Source: Candidatus Saccharimonadota bacterium (GTDB lineage Bacteria; Patescibacteriota; Saccharimonadia; Saccharimonadales; AWTP1-31). Taken from it: DNA of 35,772 bases. Under the pieces are notes generated by a model. That model saw only the letters and a program-made list of their open reading frames with translations. It was not told the origin of the DNA and ran no database searches. The stretch is from positions 1 to 35,772 of the forward strand of contig JAGQMX010000029.1 in NCBI GenBank assembly GCA_020428425.1. Reading direction: 5' to 3'. The position numbers and the translations under genes were made by a program. Below, in pieces: positions 23,760 to 32,717 of the stretch; the first letter of the stretch is position 1; every line of letters starts with the position of its first letter.

Positions 23760-24575
23760 ATGAATTTAAATTATTGGTATAAACAAGATGTAGAACCCTG
23801 CTTCCCGGATCTCGCTTGGAGTAGACCTGAGAATAGGTTGCAGGCCGGAAAACTATTAATTATTGGGGGGAACGTGCACGAATTTAATGCTCCAGCACAA
23901 GCCTTTGCAGTTGCCTTAGAGGCTGGAATAGGAACGTCACGAGTACTGATGCCGATAGCCGTAAAAAAACAACTGGCTAAATTTCCAAGCCCTAATCTAG
24001 AGATTGAATACACCGCCAGCACTCCAAGCGGCAGTTTTGCCAGCAAATCACTTGCTGACTTCCTTGACCATAGTTCTTGGTCAGATGGAGTGCTGCTAGC
24101 GGGTAACTTAGGTCATAACAGTGAAACAGCTATATTGTTAGAAAAATATATTAAGCACTACAGCGGAATTCTACTATTGACCAAAGATTCTGTAGACTAT
24201 TTTGTGCAACACCCCACTGAAATAGTTATGCGACCTAACACTTGCCTTGTTCTTACCATTGCTCAATTACAAAAAATTGGAACAAATTTGAAGTTTAAAA
24301 CAGTATTCAAGTTTGACAATAATATATTGGAACTTGTCCAATCACTTCACGAATTTACCAAAGAATATCAAATAAATATAATCCTTAAACACTTGAATAT
24401 TTTATATGTAGCAAGTAATGGAAAGGTAAGCACTACAAAACTAACTCCTGACCGAGAAGTCTGGCGGGTGGATACTGGTACTAAAGCAGTAGTGTGGTGG
24501 ATACAAAATCCAACAGAAACCTTTAAAGCAATCACCGCCTCGATTGCCGATCTTACCAACAAAAACATAGAATAG
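23760..24575 (+). CDS. YjeF C-terminal (NAD(P)HX dehydratase/carbohydrate kinase) family-like protein, diverged
   Basis: 271-aa ORF. GKLLIIGGNVHEFNAPAQAFAVALEAGIGTSRVLMP, LLAGNLGHNSET and ILLLTKDSVDYF parallel the YjeF_C layout. The C-terminal GSGDxLxG-type motif is not evident. Confidence 0.45.
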   Translation: MNLNYWYKQDVEPCFPDLAWSRPENRLQAGKLLIIGGNVHEFNAPAQAFAVALEAGIGTSRVLMPIAVKKQLAKFPSPNLEIEYTASTPSGSFASKSLADFLDHSSWSDGVLLAGNLGHNSETAILLEKYIKHYSGILLLTKDSVDYFVQHPTEIVMRPNTCLVLTIAQLQKIGTNLKFKTVFKFDNNILELVQSLHEFTKEYQINIILKHLNILYVASNGKVSTTKLTPDREVWRVDTGTKAVVWWIQNPTETFKAITASIADLTNKNIE

Positions 24576-24637
24576 TTACAGAAAGTATTATGTTATATAA
24601 CCTTATTGATAATATGTATATGAAATGGTAAAATAAA

Positions 24638-25648
24638 ATGATGAAAGATCACTCTCCTAGTAGAACTCACTTTAGTAGTGTCATGCAAAACGTTGGCCTC
24701 AACCAAATTCAACGCCTCCATAATGATTATCGCGGTATTATCAACGGCGAATATGATCATGTTCCAGATAGAATATTTCGAATAATAGAAGAAGGCAACG
24801 AAAACGGCCACATGCGAGCAAGCTACATGGTAGGTGCGATGGCTGTCGAATCTGCCGCAAAATTAACTATAATGCCTGATGAACAAGTTGATCTATTAGC
24901 TAAGGCTAGTGATAGCTGGAGATCGATAATTACTGCCAGCGAGAGATTTTCTTCTCCTAATATTTATACACTCCAAGCAAAGCTTGGTCTTGCAACGCTA
25001 CCAGCAGAAATGAGCTTAGCTTTAACCGATAAATTGCCTGCCGAATGCTTTCAACAAGAAATGTTTGATAATTTACTTGAATTGGCCTCATTTAGTAAAG
25101 AGTACAGCAGATACATATACGAAAATCCAAACACATCTGATCGGGTAAAACGAAACGCTTTTAGCGAACTATCTGGCTTCAATTCAGAACTAGCCGTTCT
25201 ACTGATTCATCAACGTTTTAGTCTAAACGCCCGAACACTCGGACAACTAGCTCTACCTGCTTATTATTCCGAGGATCATGGGATGATCGCCGGAAGAGGC
25301 AGCAGTAAATCACATGCCTGGGACATTAATCTTTATGAAGAAGACGAAGACGGGGTAGATGTTTTGGCAAAAATACAAGTAAAATCGCGAGCGAGTGCCC
25401 TGCGAAAACACCGAAAAAATTACGCAAGTGATATTCTAACTATTTGCGTAGCCGAGGATCTAGCTAGACATGATCAAGTAAAAGATTTCAAAGCAACATG
25501 GGTATTAAATGATATAGAAAATGAATATAATGGTCAGCGAGTAGACCAAATTACACCGATGATTAATAGGAGAATGAATAAATCTTCAAGTAGGCTTGAA
25601 GTTATGACCGATAAATTACTCAACGTTATTGAAGATCATCTGGACTAG
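24638..25648 (+). CDS. Hypothetical protein with a C-terminal Mrr-like PD-(D/E)xK nuclease-fold signature
   Basis: 336-aa ORF. The order SELAVLLIH (helix with Glu), AWDINLY (strand with Asp), LAKIQVKS (strand with Q-x-K) and ILTICVAEDL fits the restriction-endonuclease-like core. The helical N-terminal half is unrecognised. Confidence 0.35.
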   Translation: MMKDHSPSRTHFSSVMQNVGLNQIQRLHNDYRGIINGEYDHVPDRIFRIIEEGNENGHMRASYMVGAMAVESAAKLTIMPDEQVDLLAKASDSWRSIITASERFSSPNIYTLQAKLGLATLPAEMSLALTDKLPAECFQQEMFDNLLELASFSKEYSRYIYENPNTSDRVKRNAFSELSGFNSELAVLLIHQRFSLNARTLGQLALPAYYSEDHGMIAGRGSSKSHAWDINLYEEDEDGVDVLAKIQVKSRASALRKHRKNYASDILTICVAEDLARHDQVKDFKATWVLNDIENEYNGQRVDQITPMINRRMNKSSSRLEVMTDKLLNVIEDHLD

Positions 25649-25663
25649 ATATTTCGTAAAAAA

Positions 25664-25750
25664 TGGTGCCGCAGGACGGACTTGAACCGTCACGGAGTTG
25701 CCTCCACAGGATTTTGAGTCCGGCGTGTCTACCAATTCCACCACTGCGGC
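25664..25750 (-). tRNA. tRNA-Leu (anticodon CAA), CCA encoded
   Basis: The reverse complement reads GCCGCAG TG GTGGAATTGGTAGACAC...CTCAAAA (anticodon CAA), then a long variable arm, GGTTCAAGTCC and CTGCGGC A CCA. There is one mismatch in the anticodon stem. Confidence 0.85.
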
Positions 25751-25909
25751 ATCTACGGGAAATTCCCAGTGTAAGTATAACCCGAGACAGGCTATAATAA
25801 CAGAGTAAGTATACAGATGTTCTAACTACTCAAAGAATTATTGCCATAAAGCTAGTTGACTCTATCTAGGCGTAGTTGTAGAAAATATCGTATACTTTAA
25901 TCAATACTT

Positions 25910-27112
25910 ATGGCTAATAACCCCGATACTACTAATCCTGACTCACAAACCGGCAACCAAGCCGCTGATTTGGTACGCAAAAAAATCAACAAAATATACA
26001 ATAAAGAACCGGACACCAAAGAAGAAATTATTGAGGTAGTTGAGCTACAAAAACCAAGATCCAAGCATCAAGAATACATGATGTCCCTAACCGAATCCGG
26101 CAGGTCGCTAGCCGAAATTCAGACCGCTTGGCACAATTATTATCTAGGATTAACCGACTCCGAAAAACATGCAGTGTGGCAAGAGTTTTACGCCAATCAT
26201 GATAAACAAACCGAAAAAGATAACCAACCCAAAGACAATGACCTGAATACTGAGTCACCTACCGGAGCAGCGACTATACAGTCAAACAATACCAAAACTC
26301 TTAAACATAATGTCGCCAAAAGCTCCAAGACACGATCGGTCTCCGACATTAAACAGCAGCTAACAAAAAAGGCTAATAAGTCTGCGAACCGTAAACTTAA
26401 AACTAAACAACATTTCCAGTCGCTTCTTTTTGGTGTTGGTCTAGGGTTGGTCGTAGTACTTATAATGCTGTTTGGATTTTTTAATGATAGATTTATCGCC
26501 CCATTTATTACTCCAAGTAAATCTGTCAGCGCAACACCAATAATAATTGATGGCTCTTCGACTGTGGCCGACGGCAGCTCAAAAGTAATTATTCCTAAAA
26601 TCAATGTCGAAATTCCGGTTGTCTACGATGAGCCCTCTATAGAAGAAGATGCCATACAAAAAGCCTTAGAAAGGGGTGTAGTCCACTACGCTACTACTCC
26701 TGACCCTGGCCAAAAGGGAAACGCAGTTATTTTTGGTCACTCAAGTAATAACATTCTTAATAGCGGTAAATATAAATTTGCATTTGTACTTTTAAGTAAG
26801 TTGGAAGAAGGTGATGTTTTTTATCTCACCAAGGACAAAGTGCGCTATGGCTATAAAGTCTATAAAAAAGAAATTGTTGCGCCGACAGATTTAGGAGTAT
26901 TAGGCGCTAACGATAAGACCGCTACAGCCACCTTGATAACCTGTGACCCACCAGGAACATCCTTGAACAGATTAATAGTAGTAGGCGAGCAAATATCCCC
27001 AGACCCTACTAAAAACGCTGCAAACCCCAATAAAAACAAAAAAACTGACCAGCTAGAAATAATCCCTAGTAACGCGCCTAGTCTCTGGCAGAGAATATTG
27101 AATGTCTTCTGA
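25910..27112 (+). CDS. Sortase (transpeptidase) with a long N-terminal cytoplasmic extension
   Basis: 400-aa ORF with a TM segment (LLFGVGLGLVVVLIMLFGFF). The catalytic residues are His (VIFGHSSN), Cys in TLITCDPPG and Arg (NRLIVVG). Confidence 0.85.
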   Translation: MANNPDTTNPDSQTGNQAADLVRKKINKIYNKEPDTKEEIIEVVELQKPRSKHQEYMMSLTESGRSLAEIQTAWHNYYLGLTDSEKHAVWQEFYANHDKQTEKDNQPKDNDLNTESPTGAATIQSNNTKTLKHNVAKSSKTRSVSDIKQQLTKKANKSANRKLKTKQHFQSLLFGVGLGLVVVLIMLFGFFNDRFIAPFITPSKSVSATPIIIDGSSTVADGSSKVIIPKINVEIPVVYDEPSIEEDAIQKALERGVVHYATTPDPGQKGNAVIFGHSSNNILNSGKYKFAFVLLSKLEEGDVFYLTKDKVRYGYKVYKKEIVAPTDLGVLGANDKTATATLITCDPPGTSLNRLIVVGEQISPDPTKNAANPNKNKKTDQLEIIPSNAPSLWQRILNVF

Positions 27113-27165
27113 TATTTCTAATTGCTGCATGATATAATTGAAGCACTGCAAAGCAAATACAAAAT

Positions 27166-28644
27166 ATGGATTTTCTAGACCCAAACAAGAAACGCAAACA
27201 CATCCGTAGAATTTACCTCGGCTATATTTTAATTGGCATCGGAATATTGTTATCAGCATTTATCCTGGTCTATATTTCCTATGGCTATAAATTAGATAGT
27301 CAAACTGGCAACATTGTCAAAAACGGCCTGATATTCATAAATTCTGCACCTGAATCGGCATCGATATATCTGAATGGCAAGGAAAACGGAAACACCGAAA
27401 AACGCCTTACTGTACCAGAAGGCCAATACTATATTGAACTTCGACGCAAAGGCTATACAACCTGGAAGAAAACCATCAAACTAGCTGGAAGTAGTATTGA
27501 AAGACTAGTCTATCCGGTACTATTTCCCGAAAAACTCGAGCCAAAGGCAATAAAATCTTACTCTGCAAACCCACAGTTTTCTACGCAGAGTCTGGACCGT
27601 AAATGGATCATTATTAGTACACCTGGATCAATAACAAATTTTGAGATATACGATACATCTAAACCACAAGACCCGGCAAAAACTTTTTCGGTACCTGCGA
27701 ACATATACTCTCCTGCAATAAAACCTGTGACCAGTGATATTAAACTTGTTGAGTGGTCATCAGACAATAAAAACTTCCTAGTTAAACATAGCTACGATGG
27801 TAAATATGAATACATCTTAATCAACAGGGAAACGCCTTCAACCAGTGTTAACCTTAATAACTTCTTTGGAATTGCTCCTAAAGAGATAGCTTTACGGGAT
27901 AAAAAAGCCGACCAGTTCTATATACTGCAGACTGATCTATCCTTAAGTTCAGCAACTAGCAAAAGTAAAACACTAACTCCAGTACTTGCTAACGTCTCTT
28001 CTTTCAAGTCACATCAAAAAGAAATAATTATATATGCAACCAACGATCCGGCAACCCCGGAAGTTACAACTCTAATGATTAGAGATAACAACAAAAACTA
28101 CAAAATTAAAGATTTCGCTAAATCTCCGTTGTTGCTAGATATTGTACAATTCGATGATCATTGGTACGCCGCAGCAACCTCAACAAAAGAAGGAGGATTA
28201 TATATCTACCAAGACCCAGTCCAAAAGATAGATCGTAAATTAAAAAACGCTCTTATTCCATACAACATTTTGAAAATAACTAAGCCTGTCAAATTAAACT
28301 TTTCTGCTAACGCACGATTCGTAATGGCTCAAAATAAAAAAGGTGTAGCCGTATATGACTTTGAGGATGAAGATCGCTATAACTATGATTTTACCAAAGA
28401 ACTGCCTGCTGGCCAGTTCGCAACTTGGATGGATGGACACCGGATACTAACTACTATCGATAAAACTAGTGAGGTATTTGAATTCGACAACCAGAATAAA
28501 CGAATTCTTGTACCAATAACAACCAACAGTTTGCCGTATTTTGACAGAAATTACGAAAGATTATTCACACTAGCAGAATCTACAACTACTCCAAAAAGTG
28601 TCGATCTAAATAAAACAATTCTTAAAATTGGCCTCAAAGATTAG
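27166..28644 (+). CDS. PEGA domain-containing membrane-anchored protein
   Basis: 492-aa ORF with an N-terminal TM segment and a PEGA domain (INSAPESASIYLNGKENGNTEKRLTVPEGQYYIELRRKGYTTWKKTI). A beta-rich extracytoplasmic region of about 370 aa follows. Confidence 0.8.
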   Translation: MDFLDPNKKRKHIRRIYLGYILIGIGILLSAFILVYISYGYKLDSQTGNIVKNGLIFINSAPESASIYLNGKENGNTEKRLTVPEGQYYIELRRKGYTTWKKTIKLAGSSIERLVYPVLFPEKLEPKAIKSYSANPQFSTQSLDRKWIIISTPGSITNFEIYDTSKPQDPAKTFSVPANIYSPAIKPVTSDIKLVEWSSDNKNFLVKHSYDGKYEYILINRETPSTSVNLNNFFGIAPKEIALRDKKADQFYILQTDLSLSSATSKSKTLTPVLANVSSFKSHQKEIIIYATNDPATPEVTTLMIRDNNKNYKIKDFAKSPLLLDIVQFDDHWYAAATSTKEGGLYIYQDPVQKIDRKLKNALIPYNILKITKPVKLNFSANARFVMAQNKKGVAVYDFEDEDRYNYDFTKELPAGQFATWMDGHRILTTIDKTSEVFEFDNQNKRILVPITTNSLPYFDRNYERLFTLAESTTTPKSVDLNKTILKIGLKD

Positions 28645-28727
28645 TGATATCAGACAATCTTACTCTTGTTTAAAAGGGTACCGATAGCGTAATATAGTTA
28701 CATAAGCGCCATAATCGAAGGGTAACT

Positions 28728-29906
28728 GTGGGCAAACTGAAGAATACAATAACAATCAACGGAAAAGTATACGACGTCAACAATGGACAGGTGGTAGATA
28801 ACGTCAGCTCAGCTCATCACTCTGCCGCTGAACGTACTTCTCAGCATCCTAAGCACACCAAGCACCCCAAACACATCAAGCCTCGTCATCAAGTATCAGA
28901 CATTATTAGACCTACCCAGTCTCTGAAAGCAAAGCATAGCAGTCAGAACTCGTCAAAAACAGAGACAGTAGCAGTTGAACTAGCTAAACCTGACGAGAAG
29001 AAGTCTAAACACCAGACTAAATCACCAGCGCAGGTTAATCCTGCAAAACGTGGCGTAAAAAAAGCAAAAACTCTTGCTCGAAATTACGTAAAGAAACCGA
29101 CAATAAAACCAACGGCTAAAAAAGAAGCAAAAGCTCCAGAAGTAATCGCCTTACATAGTTCAGTAAATTCAGAACGACTAAACCGAGCTAAAAATACCCG
29201 TCAAAGCCACAATGTAAGTCGATTTGGGAATACTTCGGATATAACTGTAACAAAAAAAGTTAATCACATATCCGTTGTACCAGAACCAAAGAAACATAAG
29301 AAACCATACGATATTTCCGATATCCCCCCACAACTTCCGTCAAATAAGGCTAAGGCTCATCTACCTAAATCTAAAGACTTATTCGAATCTGCCTTGTCGG
29401 CTTCCAAAAGTCACCATCAATCATATAAGCCAAAGAAGTCTGCTAAGCGGAAATCACGAAAGTTGAGCATATTAGCTGGGTCAGGAACAGTAATATTATT
29501 ACTAGCTTTCTTCGTCTACCAGAATGTGCCAACTATAGCTCTATACACAACCTCTTCAAAGGTTGGTTTCCAAGTAACCAAGCCCAGCTACCAACCAGCC
29601 GGGTATGGACTAAAGGGACCCTTGGAGTACAAGCAGGGTAGCGTAGTCCTAGATTTCCGATCAAACTCCGACGATAAACAATATAGCATCCAGCAAACTA
29701 AGACTGATCTAGATAGCGCCTCGCTACTAAATAACTATCTTGCTGCTGAGAATAAAGATTACTCGACCGAATTTGCAAACGGCCGAACAGTTTACATTTA
29801 CGGGGACAATAATGCTACTTGGGTGGACGGTGGTATCTGGTACAACCTAACTAATGATGCAAATCTAAATAATGAACAGCTTTTAAAAATAGTGTCTAGT
29901 ATATAA
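28728..29906 (+). CDS. Lys-rich membrane protein with an extracytoplasmic C-terminal domain (possibly DUF4367-like)
   Basis: 392-aa ORF with a GTG start preceded by GAAGGG. The cytoplasmic part is highly basic, K/H/S-rich and low complexity. One TM segment (LSILAGSGTVILLLAFFVY) precedes a C-terminal domain of about 130 aa ending NATWVDGGIWYNL...EQLLKIVSSI. Confidence 0.65.
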   Translation: MGKLKNTITINGKVYDVNNGQVVDNVSSAHHSAAERTSQHPKHTKHPKHIKPRHQVSDIIRPTQSLKAKHSSQNSSKTETVAVELAKPDEKKSKHQTKSPAQVNPAKRGVKKAKTLARNYVKKPTIKPTAKKEAKAPEVIALHSSVNSERLNRAKNTRQSHNVSRFGNTSDITVTKKVNHISVVPEPKKHKKPYDISDIPPQLPSNKAKAHLPKSKDLFESALSASKSHHQSYKPKKSAKRKSRKLSILAGSGTVILLLAFFVYQNVPTIALYTTSSKVGFQVTKPSYQPAGYGLKGPLEYKQGSVVLDFRSNSDDKQYSIQQTKTDLDSASLLNNYLAAENKDYSTEFANGRTVYIYGDNNATWVDGGIWYNLTNDANLNNEQLLKIVSSI

Positions 29907-29949
29907 GTAGCCCTTTTGGCATTCTGTTTTTTACCGTACAATAACAGAT

Positions 29950-31401
29950 ATGAATTCAGCAAAAGTAGTCAGAACTCGATTTGCCCCTAGTCCAACAGGT
30001 TTCTTGCATGTTGGCGGCATACGAACTGCTCTATATGCTTGGTTACTTGCAAGGCAAAACGATGGCAAATTTATTCTACGCATAGAAGACACCGACAAAG
30101 CCCGAGAGGTAGCTAACTCTGACCAACATATTATTGATAGTCTTAATGCGCTCGGCCTTAATTATGACGAAGGCCCAGACATTTCCGGGGACTACGGGCC
30201 CTACCGCCAAAGTGAGAGAATAGATATCTATAAACGGTGGGCAAAAAAACTTCTTGATAGTGGTCGTGCCTACGCCGATCCGTACTCACCAGCTGAAGTC
30301 CAAAAGTTCCGTGAAACTGCCCAGAAAAATAAACAACCGTTCCTATACCGAAATCACCGGCCAAATAACCCTCCAGAGTGGGATGGCAGCCAACCTCTAC
30401 GTTTTAAATCTGAACCGAAAGGCTATACTTGGAGTGATGCGGTTATGGGCAATCTATCTACTGGGCCCGAAGTTATTGACGACTTTATTATATTAAAATC
30501 TGATGGTTACCCAACCTACAACTTTGCTCACATTGTCGATGACTACGAAATGAAAATCAGCCATATTATCCGCGGCCAAGAATTCCTGGCCTCTACGCCA
30601 AATTATCTGAACATGTACGAAGCGCTAGGCATAGAACGACCAATTCTAGCAACCATGCCCCACATATTGGGCCCAACTGGCAATAAAAAACTATCCAAAC
30701 GTGATGGCGCCAAAGATGTACTAGACTACTTAGCAGATGGTATTCTTCCCACTACGCTTGTAAACTTCATAGCTTCACTCGGTTGGAATGATGGCAGTGA
30801 ACAAGAAGTATTCTCAGTACCAGAACTTATTGAGAAATTCAGCCTAGATCGAGTTCAAAAAAGTGGAGCCCGCTTTGATGAAAAAAGACTAACTTGGATG
30901 AACGGGGTAGAAATAAGGTCAATGGATATCGATAAACTCTATGAGCTAACGAAAGACTACCTTCCGGAAGAAAGTAACAATTATGACAATGAATATAACA
31001 AAGCCGTAGTAAAGATCACACAAGAAAGATTAAAATACTTCAAAGAATTACCCGAACTTACACAATTCTTTTTTAAAGAACCACAGTCAAAAGAAGTTCT
31101 AAATCTTTTTCAAGATCCAAAAAACAAGCAACTAAAGAAACTCGATCGCAAACAAATAAATGACTTACTTCATGCCACAATTAATACATTGGAAAAGTCC
31201 TCATTTGATAAGGCGGACCTAGAATCAAAGCTAAATCAACTATTAGTCGATAAACAATCAAAACCAGGTATATTATTCAGTATTATCCGAATTGCAGTTA
31301 GTGGTGCACCGGCCTCACCCCAACTCTTCGACACCCTTCAAGTACTAGGAAAAGATAAATCCATGGAGAGACTACGAAAAGCCACAGAGTTACTAAACTA
31401 G
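29950..31401 (+). CDS. gltX: Glutamate--tRNA ligase
   Basis: 483-aa ORF with RFAPSPTGFLHVGGIRTALY (HIGH region), KLSKR (KMSKS) and a class I GluRS layout. Confidence 0.92.
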   Translation: MNSAKVVRTRFAPSPTGFLHVGGIRTALYAWLLARQNDGKFILRIEDTDKAREVANSDQHIIDSLNALGLNYDEGPDISGDYGPYRQSERIDIYKRWAKKLLDSGRAYADPYSPAEVQKFRETAQKNKQPFLYRNHRPNNPPEWDGSQPLRFKSEPKGYTWSDAVMGNLSTGPEVIDDFIILKSDGYPTYNFAHIVDDYEMKISHIIRGQEFLASTPNYLNMYEALGIERPILATMPHILGPTGNKKLSKRDGAKDVLDYLADGILPTTLVNFIASLGWNDGSEQEVFSVPELIEKFSLDRVQKSGARFDEKRLTWMNGVEIRSMDIDKLYELTKDYLPEESNNYDNEYNKAVVKITQERLKYFKELPELTQFFFKEPQSKEVLNLFQDPKNKQLKKLDRKQINDLLHATINTLEKSSFDKADLESKLNQLLVDKQSKPGILFSIIRIAVSGAPASPQLFDTLQVLGKDKSMERLRKATELLN

Positions 31402-31434
31402 AGAAAAGCATTAGCGTTTGATACAATAGCATTC

Positions 31435-32712
31435 ATGAATGATGACATAAACATAAAAACTACAAAACCAAAATCACCACAACCAAAAGTCAAACCAATA
31501 CCGACAGCCGATGAACCTCTTGATTTGGCTTCTCATCCAGATGCTATCCAGGCCGGTCTAGGCAATAAAACATCTACTCCTCCAGACTCAGTTGGCGCAA
31601 GCACCAACGATAGCTCCTTATCTGAGCCAGTGGGAGGAAAAAGGACTAAGAAGCCGCGAAGAAGTCCCAAACAATGGTTTAAAGACTTATCTAAAAAACA
31701 AAAGATATTACTAATTACAGCAATTCTACTGTTGCTAATAGGGGGAAGTGTATCGGCATATTATTTGACTAAGAGTGAACCAGCACCTGCACCCCAAGCT
31801 GTACAACCTGAACCGCCAAAACCTACAACTGAAGCTAGTAAGCTTACTGGCGTACAAGTAAAACCTGAGATGAATAAACGCTCGATAACCGCCGTTATGA
31901 TAGAAAATAGCACTGATGCCCGACCACAGTCTGGTCTAGCAGATGCAGGAGTAGTTTTTGAGGCAATAGCCGAGGGAGGCATTACCCGTTTCTTAACTCT
32001 ATTCCAAGAATCTCAACCAAAAAATCTAGGACCAGTTAGAAGCGTACGACCATACTATATCGATTGGTTACAAGGCTTTGATGCGGCAGTTGCTCACGCT
32101 GGTGGAAGTGCCGATGGACTAGCGAAAATACGCAATGAAGGTGTTAAGGATCTCGATCAGTTCGCAAATCCTGGGGCCTACAGGAGAGAAGCAAGTCGAG
32201 TGTCTCCCCACAATTTATACACTTCAACGGCTGAATTAGATAAATTAAAGACGCAAAAGAAATTCAATACAACCGACTTTAAAGGATTTGCCAGAAAAGA
32301 AGAAAAGGCCAGTAAAACGCCAACTGCAAAATCGATAGATTTCAATATTTCTGGGTTCAACTTTAATCCTCATTATGACTACGTTGCAAAAACCAACAGT
32401 TACTCAAGAAGCCTGGCTGGTGTGCCACATACCGATCTAAATACCAAGAAACAAATTAAAGTAAAAGTAGTAATTGCCATGATCATGAACTACGGTATTG
32501 CAGCTAATGGCGTAAATAGCTCATACAATTCGATTGGTAGTGGGAAAGTATATGTTTTCCAAGATGGAACTGTTACTGAAGGAACATGGGAAAAAACAGG
32601 CTCTAAGAAACAAGTGGTATTTAAAGACAAGAACAAAAAAGTTATTAAACTCAATCCTGGAAATACTTGGATCAGTGCTGTTGGATCTGCTACTGGTGTA
32701 ACCTATAAATAA
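31435..32712 (+). CDS. DUF3048 domain-containing membrane-anchored protein
   Basis: 425-aa ORF with a TM segment (ILLITAILLLLIGGSV) and a Pro-rich linker. The DUF3048 signature is VMIENSTDARPQSGLADAGVVFEAIAEGGITRFLTLF...VRSVRPYY. Confidence 0.8.
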   Translation: MNDDINIKTTKPKSPQPKVKPIPTADEPLDLASHPDAIQAGLGNKTSTPPDSVGASTNDSSLSEPVGGKRTKKPRRSPKQWFKDLSKKQKILLITAILLLLIGGSVSAYYLTKSEPAPAPQAVQPEPPKPTTEASKLTGVQVKPEMNKRSITAVMIENSTDARPQSGLADAGVVFEAIAEGGITRFLTLFQESQPKNLGPVRSVRPYYIDWLQGFDAAVAHAGGSADGLAKIRNEGVKDLDQFANPGAYRREASRVSPHNLYTSTAELDKLKTQKKFNTTDFKGFARKEEKASKTPTAKSIDFNISGFNFNPHYDYVAKTNSYSRSLAGVPHTDLNTKKQIKVKVVIAMIMNYGIAANGVNSSYNSIGSGKVYVFQDGTVTEGTWEKTGSKKQVVFKDKNKKVIKLNPGNTWISAVGSATGVTYK

Positions 32713-32717
32713 GAACC

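Noticed and set aside
25756-25766. Palindrome GGGAA-A-TTCCC immediately upstream of the tRNA-Leu 5' end, considered as a regulatory operator
   Set aside because: It is a short, single occurrence that may simply be part of the pre-tRNA leader or promoter region. Nothing else supports a binding site.
4495-27259. Other short overlapping ORFs from the six-frame track (4495-4890 -, 5674-5892 -, 7858-8079 -, 10628-10936 -, 11232-11504 -, 13627-14010 +, 14594-14892 +, 15989-16207 -, 16656-16862 -, 16923-17195 -, 17213-17428 +, 18344-18526 -, 19722-19952 +, 21225-21497 +, 21713-22087 +, 23484-23693 -, 23771-24046 -, 24368-24568 -, 24593-24811 -, 26028-26604 -, 27053-27259 -; and later 27558-27767 -, 29275-29466 +, 30158-30496, 31761-31982 -, 32178-32360 -)
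   Set aside because: Each overlaps a longer ORF that has recognisable family motifs or a better start context. None has a domain signature of its own.
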